DNA of 42,951 bases, from the NCBI GenBank assembly GCA_030770535.1, contig JASVEC010000141.1, positions 1-42,951 of the forward strand, in the 5' to 3' direction. This stretch comes from Batkoa obscura (Eukaryota). Positions 21,887-34,317 of this stretch are shown here, one piece after another (the stretch's first letter is position 1; every line of letters starts with the position of its first letter). The translations under genes were made by a program, and so were the position numbers. The notes under the pieces are model-generated. The model saw nothing but the letters and a program-made list of their open reading frames with translations. It was not told the origin of the DNA and did not search any database.

Positions 21887-24800
21887 ATGGCACCAGCTAC
21901 ATTAGAAGATATGCAATTAGAATTTTTATATGGTATTGAACCTGAGATGTTGAATTTTCCAGTAAGTGATACTGGGATCAATTTAAATTCATAAAAAAAA
22001 GAGCATAGTCTAACTAATCAAAACAATTTCCATTAGAACATTGAGTTTTTTTATCGAACAATGACAGATGTGTTAACTTCTGAAGAAAAAGAGACTTATG
22101 CAAATGAAAATGTTAACGTAAGTACTAATAAAAAAGCGAAACTAAATACAAAATTGAATATTGATTTTAATAATTATAAATTTAGTTTCGAGTATGGAAT
22201 TATTTAAGTAATATCGATTGGAAGACAGTAATTGCAGATGTTAAAAAACCCAGTTTTATTTATTGGAATTATTCATCAGACGTAATTTCTTATTTTCTTA
22301 ATTATTAAATCTTAATCCAAATAAATCCTATCCTTTAGTTCCCAAATCATGTAAAACAAATTGGGCCCTTAGCCAAAGTAGCGTAATAATTCATATCCCA
22401 TCCATTAACTCTCAAACTCACTAACCTTTTATTCCCTTTTAGTGCTTGTTTAAAATTATTATTTTTATACATTGACATTCAAAATTCTAAAGGGTTATCA
22501 AAGATAGCCAAACCAAATATATTAGAAGCTGTCAATGCTATTGGTCAAAGTTTTGATACGTTGACCGAATCTTTTAATTTCATGACTAGTACCTTTGCTT
22601 TTATTATGTCTTTTAACCAACAGTTTGGTTTTGATACCAAGGTAAGCAGAAAAAGGAAAGACGGGGGATGAAGTTATGATGATTATTAAAACTAGTAATT
22701 GTGATTTAGGATTTAATTACATTTAGTTTATCATATTTGGTGCCTATTAGAGTTCCATTGTTGATTCATTTTGTTACATATAATTCAAGGTTGATGGAAA
22801 AGGTAATTGAAAGTAGTTAATTGCAACTTACAAATTTAAGCTAATTCATTTTATAGTTATTGAATGTTAGTTTAGAACATTTCAAAAGCAATTTAATGGA
22901 AGAAAAAAGAGAAGATTTAGAGTAATTTTTATTATATTACATTTTACAATTAATTAAATTGTATTTAATTATTATCTTTATTTTGTCTTAGTCATTTATT
23001 AAATCGATTGAAATTAAATTTTCCTAATAATTTTAATCAATATCAACATATTATTATGGACTGGGAATTTCCACCTAATTTATTACTAAACTCAATTGAT
23101 GACGATAAGATTGAAATTTCTAAAAGGGTAATATTTTAGTTTATTGATCAGCTTATTATAACCTAATAATTAATTAATATCAATTTTGTATATTTTATTA
23201 AATAGATAGAACATGTATGCTTGTTATTCAAACCTTTACAAAATATACCAATGAAAGATCCTAATATTGAAGAACCAATCTTAAGACAAACATTAGGTAA
23301 TTTTAATAATTAATATAAAAATGCCAATATTTATTAATATTTATTTTTTAAAACATATTAGAATTTTTAAGGAAATTTGAAAAATTGTTAAGAGATATAT
23401 TAAGTAATCGAGATGTAAGCGATTATATAATAATTAATAATGGCGATAGTTTATTTTAATTGAATATTAGGTATTTAATAATCAATCTCAATTGATACCT
23501 ATATTGTATTGTTTAATACAAGCTAAAAAGAATTTTAAATATCAATTACCAGATACATTAGATACTTACTTTGCTTTATTAAACTTAGAAAATTTAAATC
23601 AAACTATATCTATGCGGTAAGTTAATTATTTCCTTATCGTATTATTATAAATTATTAATGTTAATATTGTTTATTTTTTAGTTATTATGATTTAGTATTA
23701 TGTTTTATATTTTTATTTTTCAATATAAATAAACATAACAAGGTAAATCTAATCTATAATAATTATTAAGTATTGTAATTATATCTAAATATTATTTTAT
23801 ATATAGAGAATTGTTAAAACGTTATTAGAATGGATCTGCGATTATCATTTTGAAGGCATAGTTAATTTAATAATTGCAGTAAGAGAGCATAATAATTGTG
23901 ATCCTAGTTTAAAAGAAAATTATGAACTTGCAATTCGAGCTTATATTTCAAATGTAGTAGGATTTCCAGTTATTTTAGGTAAGTTAAGAATAAAAAATGG
24001 AAAAATTCATAATGAATAGAAACTAATGATTAAATATTTTAGATAAAGAAGCTTTAACTACGATGCATTTTATGTTTAATTATTCAGAAAAATTAAATAA
24101 TTTTATATTATATTCAAGGTTAACAGAACTGAATTCAAGGAATTATAAGTTTATTGTAAGTATTTTTTTAATAATGATAGTAAATAATAAATAATAATAC
24201 TTATTATTATATATAGACAAAGGATTTAACTAGTGAAGAAATCTTATATAAGTTAGGAAATTATTTAGAATTTGGGTTAAAAGCCATTTCTTTAAAAGAA
24301 TTTATAAATTATGAAAAAGATATCAAAAATTGGATAAGTGAATTAATCATCAATATTAATCATCATCCGATTCATTTTAAGTTACCAAATTTAATTAAAG
24401 CTTATGTTAGTTTGTAAGTAAAATTTATATAAATAATGGCAATAATGCAATATTAATGTATTAATATAATAATAATAACTTTTGTTTTTGCAATTAGATT
24501 ATTTACTGCCATGGGAAGAAAAGTAAAAAAAATTGATGAAGAGTTATTAACAGAATATTTGAAACCTAGAATTACAAATTGTTTAAGTAGTATATCATCC
24601 AAAAATATACTATTTTTTTATTATCTTTTATTATTTAATGCTAAATTATTAAGATGTTGTGATAGTAATCCAGAGTTAGTATCCAATTGTAAGTTGATTA
24701 TATTTTATTATATTCCATCATCGTATTGTTATTATCATATTTTATTATTACTATTATCACCTTATTGATATTTTTTTATTAGTAAAATATTCAGATGATT

Positions 24801-24965
24801 TTATGGATCAAATTGGTATTAAAAATATTGTTAATTATGCTAATGAAAGTTTAATTACAAAAGAACTAAAAGAATTCAAATTGGAAATTAATGAATTAGC
24901 AAAAGAAGCCTTTCCTCAATATTTTACTATGATAAAAGAAGAAACTTATCAATTACCATTGTAAG

Positions 24966-25002
<37 letters not shown>

Positions 25003-26751
25003 TGTTATCAATATTGATAACTATATTTTTGTATATTCATATATTCATATTAATATCAATATTTTAGAATTAGTTCTCAAATATCTATACCTTACTTAAC
25101 TCAAATTAAACAATTAATACAACAACCATTGGATAATTTATCACTTAATACAGTAATTAAGATTTTATTACAAGAATGTAGAAAAGATGCAATTTTGTTA
25201 AAACTTACATTACATTATATAAGTAGCTTTAATTTAGATATTATTATTTCATTAACTCAAGAAATTGTTAATATGTTTCCAATATTTTTTTCTTATGAAA
25301 GGTAAAATTTGTTTATTATAAAAATTATGAAAATAAAAAGGTTAATATGATTTGTTTTATTTAGTATTGATGAAGAAAGTTTAATGTTATTTTATAATCT
25401 ATGGATATTAATTAATGAATATATACCTGAAAGTTTATGGCCATTAACAGTTAGTTATGCTTCAAATAAAGATTTCGCTTGTGATTCTGTAAGGTAAAAG
25501 TTTAACATTATTTTATAATTTATAGATATTAAAATAATATAATAGAATGTTTACATTACCAGCTTTAATTGAAGCTACACCGGCATTATTTGTATTAAAT
25601 CCAAAAATGTTAAAAATTCCATTATTATTTAAGATTACTTTAAAGGTAAATTAGAATAATATTAATATTGTATGATTCAATATTAAATGTTCTATTAGGT
25701 TTATGAAGGAGTACGGATGGCTACTCATTTAAAATTAAAAAGAATACAAACAATTGCTAGAAATACAATCAAAATTGGAAATCAATTTGAAATTGTGGTA
25801 AGTTTGTTTATTGTTATTATTATTTTGTAAGAGTAAAATGATATTGATTAATTTTTATCTTTATTTTTAGCCTAAAATAGTACAAGCTAAATTAGAAGAC
25901 ACTATTAGATTATCAAATAGTTCAATTATTCAATTTTTACTAGATATTTGTGATGAAAATTTTCATGAAGATAATCAAAGTAAGTAACATTATAAACACA
26001 TAATATTTAATATTAATTTTTTTGTTATAATAGAAAATATAAATATAATAAGAAAATTAGCATTAATTTACGTTCATCAATTATTTATTCAAGATCCTAA
26101 ATTAATACCATTAATCCATAAACAAATGTATAACTCGGATTTATTGGAGCCAATATTTAAATACGTACCTTCAACAAGTAAATATAATAATAATAATAAC
26201 AATAAATATATATTAATAAACTATTTAATATTAATTTAGTTGTAATGCAGGATTATCTCCCCTCATTATTAAAAGATCCAGTGGTAGATAGACGATGGTT
26301 TGCGTTAGAATTAACCTCTCAATTAATTACACGATTTCCATTAGAAGTTTATAAAGAAATGATTGAACAAGTAGTTCAACCAATATTAATTGAATTTTTT
26401 ATAGACAAATGTTTATTAAATCAAATTCATAATGAATATCAATTATATCTAGAAGCCAAACAACGATGTAATTCCAATATACAATTACAAATTGAAAGGG
26501 AAATGGAAAGATTATTAAAAGTCAAAAGATTAGTAAAGGAAGAAAAAGTAGATGAAATAGTATTATCGTTTATTAAATTATTTACCAAATTAACTGATGG
26601 ATTTTTGGAATTATATAACGGTAAGTTAATTTTTTTTGATTTTTAAGTTTATTGACTGCTTTTTTTAGCTAATAGAAATGTTTGGTCAACAGCGGATAAA
26701 ATGATTAGTTTATTAAAAGAAAAGAGTGAACAAAATAAGTTTAATAATTAA
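21887..26751 (+). CDS. INTS2: Integrator complex subunit 2 (INTS2)-like protein, ~24 introns
   Basis: Manual splicing gives HPIHFKLPNLIKAYV, ILFFYYLLLF...KYSDDFMDQIGIK, WILINEYIPESLWPLTV, SIIQFLLDIC and VHQLFIQDPKLIPLIHKQMY...VPSTIVMQDYLPSLL...FALEL. These are collinear with recalled INTS2 motifs (e.g. LHQMYIADPNIAKLVHFQGY, YSSSLMDQIPIK). Internal exon limits are approximate. Confidence 0.75.
24968..25000. repeat. (TTA)11 microsatellite in an intron
   Basis: Direct reading. Confidence 0.9.
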
Positions 26752-26877
26752 ATAAAAATAAAAATAAAAAAAAAATAAAGGTAAAAAAATAATTTAAATA
26801 AATTGAATAAAAATAATAAGCTATTAAAATATAAAATATTATTTTTTTATTTATTTAATTTTCTATTCTGAAAATAT

Positions 26878-27968
26878 CTAATTAAATTTTTCCACTTGTT
26901 TCATGACTTCGTCTCTAAAATCAACAGTTTCAACTTTTTCAACTCCTTCACCTGCCATTAATCTAGAATAAGTTAAGATTTCTAATTTTATATTCAATTC
27001 TTTTTCAATACTCTTTAGAAATTCTAAAACAGTACCATTACTAAATAAAAAGTTTTGATTTAATAATACATTTTCATTTAAATATTGCTGGTATTCTTCA
27101 GCAGTCATTGAATCCTTCTTTAATATAACAGCTTCTTCATTTGAAGATAAATACAATGGATTTAAACCCACTACGTGTCTAGCCAATTGTTTATTAATTT
27201 TATCTAATTTGACTTGATCCTTCACATCTCCTTTAACTCGAATCACTATATACCCTCCAATTTTACCATTATTACCAATACCATTATGAGCATGAGTAGC
27301 AACCAACACTTTATCTTGATTTTCAATTTCAAATTGACTAACTAAACTTCTTCTTAATATTAAATTCTCACCTAACTTAGCTATATTTTCAGATATCAAT
27401 TCATTCACGTTACTTTCTCCATTATTGACTGAAAGTTGTTTAACTGTATCCTCAGCAAGGTTTAATTTTTTAACAGTGTTAAAATTGGTTTCAAGAAGTT
27501 GATTTTGAACTATAGTTTCTGAAATCGAAGTAACCAATTGATGAAACATAGGGGAACGAGTAACAAAATCTGTTTCACAACATACCTAATTAAATTTATA
27601 TTAAAAAGTTAATAGAAAATTAATATTGATTCAATTTCACTTACCTCTGCCATTGCTGCAACAATTTTGTTTTCTTTCTCTTGTACAGCAACCCCGATTA
27701 ACCCTTCACTGGCTACTCTATCCGCTAGTTTAGCTGCTTTTTTAGCCCCAGATGAAATCAAATCCTTCTCTAACCATTGTAATGCAGCCTTTAAATCATT
27801 ATTGGTAGCTATTAAGGATTCTTTGGCTTTAGTAATACTAACTTCAGTTTCTTGACGAATTTTAGAGATCAATTTGATATCGGGTTTAATAGAATAGTTT
27901 GAACGAATAAATTTAGTATAATTGATAATGGAAGCTGATTTCAACTGTCTTTGAAGTTGGAATAACAT
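26878..27968 (-). CDS. TSF1: Mitochondrial translation elongation factor Ts, 2 exons (27968-27645, 27585-26878)
   Basis: Basic presequence, ISKIRQETEVSITKAKESL, AAKLADRVASEGLIG, spliced AEVCCETDFV, LARHVVG and GEGVEK. Confidence 0.92.
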
Positions 27969-28440
27969 GATGATATTGATTTTCTATTGTAGTGTTGTTT
28001 TAAAACAAAGCTCAAAGTTGTTATTGTATTTTTAAAATAATTCAATTTTTTTGGGACAGAAAGATAGAATTGATCCCTTATTCCATTGGTCTTATTTAGA
28101 ATTTCTACTTTTTATTGGCTAATAAATTGAACAAAGCTTATTGGTTCAATTTGAAGTTGCACTAGAATAATTATTTACTATAATTAGACTATTAATCTTG
28201 AAATTTTTAAAAATACGTTTAATTTAAAAATACGTTATAAAAAAATATCAACAAGCCAATTTAATAATAATAGATAAGATTTGATAATTTAACTACCACT
28301 AAATAATCGATAATAAAATAAAACTGTTGATGAGCTAAGTAACCTGTTAATATTATGATAATTTAATTGATGTAATTTATTAACTGTTGATATTATATAT
28401 ATCTTGTTATTTTTTCTTTCTTTTACTTTACTTTATTTAA

Positions 28441-29376
28441 ATGAAAAGTTTGTATTTAATATTATTAATAAAAAATGTCCTCACACATTCTTGGCTTGAT
28501 TGTACAGACCGAAGAACGGATGGCTCTTGTGGAGGATATATAAGGAATTTTCAAGGACATTATGATTTATTATCTACATATAAAATACTTGATCGAAGTC
28601 CTGAAGTACCATTGTGTGATCCTAAATATCAATCTGTGCCTTATTATAAACCAGAGTACCCTATGGCTAAAGTAAAGTCGGGACAAACTTTATATTTTGA
28701 TTATTTTGAAAATGGGCATGTTAATTTAGATCGATTACCTCCTGATTTTAAACCTCATCCTAATATTTATTCAGTTTATTTAAATCGCAAATCATATCTA
28801 GGGGATTTAAATGATGGTTCTCAGTATTTAAAAAGAAAAGATTTGTTTGGTATCGAACCTTTAATAAAAGCACCTTTTGATGATGGGGAATGTAGTGATA
28901 TTACTTATTTTAATCGAATTGGACCTAAACCTTGTATTGGTAATTATACCATACCAATGAATTTATCTATAGGAGTTTATCAATTAATTTGGGTCTGGCA
29001 TTTTGATCGAGATAATAATGGTAAAGGGGAAGAATATACATCTTGTTTTGATGTGGAAGTATTAAGTGATCAAGAATATAATGAAAAAGGAAGCAGTATT
29101 CGATTTAAGCCATATACTCCCTTTCGTAATTTAGTTACTGAAGTGAAAGTAAATGTAGAAAAACATGAATGTAAACAGGGAACTTATGATAATAATTTAT
29201 ATGATTGTGTTAATCAAATATTGTGTGAAAAGGGAAATAAAATTTGTAATGAAAATCAATGCTATAACACAAATCAATTTCAATGTTGTTTTGACAAATA
29301 TTTATTACCAAAAGCTCAATCTTGTGAAATATTAGCTAATCCGTTTGAAAGAATTAAAGGATTTTTAAAGGGCTAA
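28441..29376 (+). CDS. Secreted histidine-brace LPMO-like protein with C-terminal Cys-rich CBM52-like module
   Basis: A 15-aa signal peptide followed by His (HSWLDC), a second His in ENGH, WVW, EEYTSCFD, and the tail C..TYD...YDC...LC.....C...CY...FQC. Confidence 0.7.
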   Translation: MKSLYLILLIKNVLTHSWLDCTDRRTDGSCGGYIRNFQGHYDLLSTYKILDRSPEVPLCDPKYQSVPYYKPEYPMAKVKSGQTLYFDYFENGHVNLDRLPPDFKPHPNIYSVYLNRKSYLGDLNDGSQYLKRKDLFGIEPLIKAPFDDGECSDITYFNRIGPKPCIGNYTIPMNLSIGVYQLIWVWHFDRDNNGKGEEYTSCFDVEVLSDQEYNEKGSSIRFKPYTPFRNLVTEVKVNVEKHECKQGTYDNNLYDCVNQILCEKGNKICNENQCYNTNQFQCCFDKYLLPKAQSCEILANPFERIKGFLKG

Positions 29377-29672
29377 AAGCTTAATGAGTTTATATCAATT
29401 ATAAGTTAATGACTAGAGATCCTTTGTTGCTTTAAAATGATAAATTGATATTAGTTTAGATATCTATTACCATGTTATTATAAAATCATTTTTATGTAGC
29501 ATACATTATAAACATGATTCAATAAAGTTGATAATTATCCTTTATACTTTTACTTAACTTTTATCAATACATATTGTTAAGATATTTTATCAAACGGTTT
29601 CCTATTTATTTCATTTTATTTTGTTTATTATATAAAATTCACTATTTTTACTAAAACCATATGATATTAAAT

Positions 29673-29771
29673 GGGGATGTGTTTTTGTGTTTAAGAATTT
29701 ACTAACAGTTTTTTCGCTTAAATGGTGCTTAAAAGATGGAAAAAGTGATGAGAGTCAAAAAAAACACCTCC
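29673..29771 (+). mobile_element. GGGGATGT-MITE copy
   Basis: GGGGATGT...ACACCTCC with the conserved core; flanks AAAT/AAAG. Confidence 0.8.
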
Positions 29772-30553
29772 AAAGTATAAATTCCCCTTCATTAATGTTA
29801 TAAAAAATAATAAATTATGATAAAATTGGTATAAAATTATGTTTACTGTGACTAAAAAATCGTTTTTTGAACACTAAATCTATTTTTTGATTAATAATCT
29901 ACGTTTGCAGTTAAGATCTTAAAATTTATCTGATAAATTCACTCTAGATTTTTAAAATAAAGTACTGTTATTTTAAATAAAATGCAAATACAAAGTTTCA
30001 TTATCCAAATGAACCTATTTTTTAGTAACAGTGAACAGAATTCTACACCAATATTTATGATCATGATTGTATTTGCTATATGAAATACTATTCTTAATCA
30101 AGTTTTTATTAATAATGTATTGATTAAAATAGATTCCACTCTATTCAGAGTGTATCGTTTTTAATAACATTCAACAATATTATGAAAATCAATAAAGCAT
30201 CTGATTATTAAAGTACTATCAGTAAAGCTCATTTAATTTTAACTATATCCTAGTATTTTCTATATCTAAAAATAAGTCCACTTTAATTTTTTATATTAAT
30301 TCAAGTTATCAAAACTTGTGACTAAAAAATCAAGACAGCTAACAAGAATTTGTATAGGTATTTCAAACCTAAGCTTAATATTATTCCATTTGAATTTTAA
30401 AGCATACCAATAAAAATTAGAATACTTGAAATTGGTTGATAAGCTGGTATTGAGGAAAGCACAATAGTTTCAAATATTTCAAAACTTAGTTGAGTTTCAA
30501 AAAATATATAAAGACAACAAATACAAGATAATAATTTTTTTTTCAAAAATATT

Positions 30554-30975
30554 ATGTTGAAAGTTTTCAAAGTTATTAAAGTGTCTCAGTTATTTAAAAA
30601 AAGGGCTCCTCTTTTTCTCAATCGATTTAATAAGTCAAAATTTATGGCCACCAGTGTCAAAACAAATACTACAAATTCCATACAACTTCGACTTAATACT
30701 ATCTTAAAAAATAAACTAGTTCCCGAAGATCTTGTAAGTATTAACAATTATCACTATTCTTTGCTTGATATTTTGATTAAGTTGAACTAATAGTTTATTT
30801 TTCTTAGCTTAACCTTGACTCTCAATTAATTGATTTTGGTTTAGATGGTTCAGATATGAAAGCAATAGTCCAAGATATTAATAATGAATTTCAAATTCAA
30901 GTTACTAATGAAGAAATTTATGAGTTAAATACCTTGGAGGATTTAGTTCAAAGAATTGTTGAAAAGGCCCACTAA
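30554..30975 (+). CDS. Mitochondrial acyl carrier protein-like protein, 2 exons (30554-30733, 30808-30975), non-canonical DGS motif
   Basis: Basic presequence. Exon 2 reads LNLDSQLIDFGLDGSDMKAIVQDINNEFQIQVTNEEIYELNTLEDLVQRI, which follows the ACP pattern DLGLDSLD...EEEF.I.I.DEE...I.T..D. Confidence 0.7.
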
Positions 30976-31401
30976 ATGAAAAAGTGAAGTTGAATTTTAT
31001 ATTAAGTGAGGTTTTATGTTATATTTATAGGGCCTGATGTTTTGTGAGTTACTTTCAGTATTATTTTGAATAAAAATTTAAAAGAATTCGGATTGTTTTT
31101 TTTACTCTGGTTAGACGTGGCTGTTTTATCCCGTTTGATAGACTAAAATTTAGAATTATTATGAAGTGTTGTTGTTTTAAGTATAATTCAAAAATTAAAA
31201 TATTAGTTTAAAGATAGTAATGGGTTATTATAAATATTTTTATACCTATTGATTTATTTATTGAGTAATTCCACCATATAATATTATTAAGTTTATTGAA
31301 TTTATCTGCTATTAATTTTATGTATCACTCATGTTTAATCCAGATAGACCCAGAGATCCCACTAATATAATTATAGAATTTAATATTAAGTATAAACATA
31401 C

Positions 31402-33068
31402 GAGGATGTGTTCTTTTGTTTAAAATTTCTGATAACACTTTTTCCACTCAAACAGCGTTTAAAAGATGGAAAAAGCGATGAAGCCAAAAAAGCATCTCTA
31501 TATAGAGTTCTGTTAGTATTTATTTTATAAATTAAGACTAATAATGAAATAAATTAATATTCTCAATAAGATGTAAGTAAATAAATAAATTGATATATTG
31601 TTGGCATTTATGTTTTAATACTTTTTTATTTGAGTTAGTTTAAAAGCTTGGTTCAATATTTTGTGCAATTTAGGTTTTTAGTAAAGATTGCAAATCGAGT
31701 ACAAGGAAGTACTATAAAATTAGCTGCTTTTTGCTTAATTCAAATTACTCCTCTATGGTAATGTTTTTTCATTTAGTATTTAAAAAAATTCAAAAATTTA
31801 CTTTCCTTTCAAATAGCGCTTAAAAAGTGGAAGAAGTGAAGTCAAAAAACAGCCTCATATTTATACATTTATTTATACTCTTTTTTATATTAATACTAAA
31901 ACAATTCAATTTAGTAAATAATTTTTTTGCTAATTTAATAGCTTAAATTTCATATCATTATTTCATTTTCAGTCTTAAAAAATTATGTATTTAAATTTTA
32001 ATATTTTTGCTAAATTTAATCTATTTTAAACATGAAATTTAGTGTTTAAAGCTTATTTGCCTTATATTAGTTGTAAGAGCTGAAAATTAAAAAAGCTTCA
32101 TAATGATTTGTTAAGTATACGTAATATAATAAAAGTTATCTAGTAAAACATAAAATTATATTTATACTAAAAATAAAGATATAAATATAAATATAAATAT
32201 AAATATAAATATAAATATAAATATAAATACTTTTATTAAAAGACTATTTAATACAGTTGAAAAAGATAGAAAAACACTTTATAATAAAAATTAGAAATAT
32301 GAGTAAAGTTTAAGTTTTAATTATATAGTGAAACGTCATATGGGGATGTGTTTTTTTAAGAATTTTACTACAATCTTTATACTCAAATAGCACTTAAAAA
32401 ACGGAAAAACAATGAAACTAAAAAAAACAGTCCCCTATTTTAAATAAGAACAATTATTTATGTAGCATTGTAATCTTGAATGAAGCTGGTAATTATATGT
32501 TCTAAGCTATATAATTAAAACAAACTTTAATTTATAAGCATGGAATATAACTATCATATAAGTTATAATAAATAAATAAAAAACAATTTTTACTATTAAT
32601 AAATTATACAAAATGGGAGTGTTTTTTTGACTTCGTTATTTTTTTCACTTTTTAAGCGCTATTTAAGCGGAAAATTTGTTAGTAAAATTCTTAAACACAA
32701 AAATACATCTCCACATCCTCAAATAATAAAAGTAAACATGTAGGGATTCCTTTTTTTGTTTAAGAATTCACTAACAATTTTTTCACTCAAATAGCGCTTA
32801 AAAAATAGAAAAAGTGATGGAATCAAAAGAAATATCCCCTTATAATATTATTTTTTATAATTTATAAGCCTTTTTTTATATAGATCTATATAATTTGATT
32901 TAATTTAATTCAAAACTTCATACTTTTTTACTTGAAAATTTTATTAATAATTTTTTTATTTAAATAATGGGGGTGTTTTTTTTGGCTTGATTACTCTTTC
33001 CATCTTTTAAGCACTATTTGAGCGGAAAATTTGTTAGGGAAATCCTTAAACGCAAAAAAACATCCCTC
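31402..33068. mobile_element. Six dispersed GGGGATGT-MITE copies (31402-31499, ~31757-31856, 32342-32435, 32615-32712, 32742-32839, 32969-33068)
   Basis: All carry the CAAATAGCGCTTAAAA-type core (or its reverse complement) and G-rich/C-rich termini, in mixed orientation. Confidence 0.8.
32179..32228. repeat. (ATATAA)8 microsatellite
   Basis: Direct reading. Confidence 0.85.
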
Positions 33069-34317
33069 TAACACTTGAAAAAAATAAAAACACTTTTGTC
33101 ACTTTTTTTATATTGTTTTACATTTACGTGTTATATAACATAATTTTATATTTTATCAAATAATTTATTTAGATATTTTACATTTTTTTTTATAGATTAT
33201 TATAAACTTTAATTTCAAAATTTTTCCAATTCATATAAAACTTTATATTATTTGATACAAAAAAAATTTCCTAAAACTTTTTAAAAGTATATTAACTCTA
33301 CTTTTTTTATAAAAAGTTATTAATACTTTCTCAAAACTTTTTGTCGCCTTTATAAATATTAGATAAAACATTTCTATATGAATAATTTTAATCAAAAAAA
33401 GGCAATTAATTTTACAGCATTCTATGCTTAACTCATAATTTTGCCAAAACCTAAAGTTGATAAAAATTGAACTGAACTGTTAGACTAACTTATGTAAATC
33501 AATGTAGATTCGATATTATTCGTTTGACTTTGAAAGAACAAGAAGCTCTTAGCTACTTTTTGGTGTAAGGCAGCTTGAGTTAAATATTAGCGAAAGTAAG
33601 TTTTCATTTTAAAATAGGCCGATCTCAGAACAAATGCCTAGTAAACTAAAATTGCATTTTGAAGTAACTGTATATCAATCAACTGTAAAAACTAGAATTA
33701 TATCATCCTAGCAGAATAATAAACGACTCCATCTGACGATCAATAAATAGTATTCTATAATGCTAAAATAATCAATAAAGTATTTTTGATAAAAATCTTA
33801 ATACTTTTGTCACTCGATGAAATCATTTCAAACAACCATTCTTTTCTTTTCATTTGTCGTTTTAATTTAATTTCAGATATTTCATGACTTCAGCTATTAT
33901 TAAAATGTAATTTCTACTTTTGAAGTTTATATTGATTTTTTTGTTCTATTTATTAATGTCTTCGAACAAAATAAATAAAAATACCGTTAATGTTAAATCT
34001 TGACCAATCACCTTCGAAATATCCCATGTTCTTAGTGAAGATTCTGACATGAGTGTCCAATCAATAGAGATTAGTTAATCCTTGATTCGCTAGCCAGCTT
34101 TTACAAACTGTAAAAAGAATTGTTAATTAAGTGTCGAATTAAACTAGTTTTAATAAATTTAAAATTTTAAAAACAATATAGCTTGTGCTTTAATAGGTAT
34201 GAAATCAAATTGATAATATTAGACAGAATAACATCTCGATAAAAAAAGCCAGTTTTATTGTATACTTTCACTAATCCTTATTTGTATTTATAAAGCCTAA
34301 TAGAGTTGAATTAATAA

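Noticed and set aside
31402..33068. Recurring ~97-bp repeats as a CRISPR-like array or ncRNA genes
   Set aside because: Irregular spacing, mixed orientation, terminal inverted repeats, TSDs and nesting in a eukaryotic context all indicate MITEs.
33860..34051. Possible small minus-strand gene starting MSESSLRTWDISK upstream of CLA4
   Set aside because: Very short, no recognisable motif and no convincing downstream exons.
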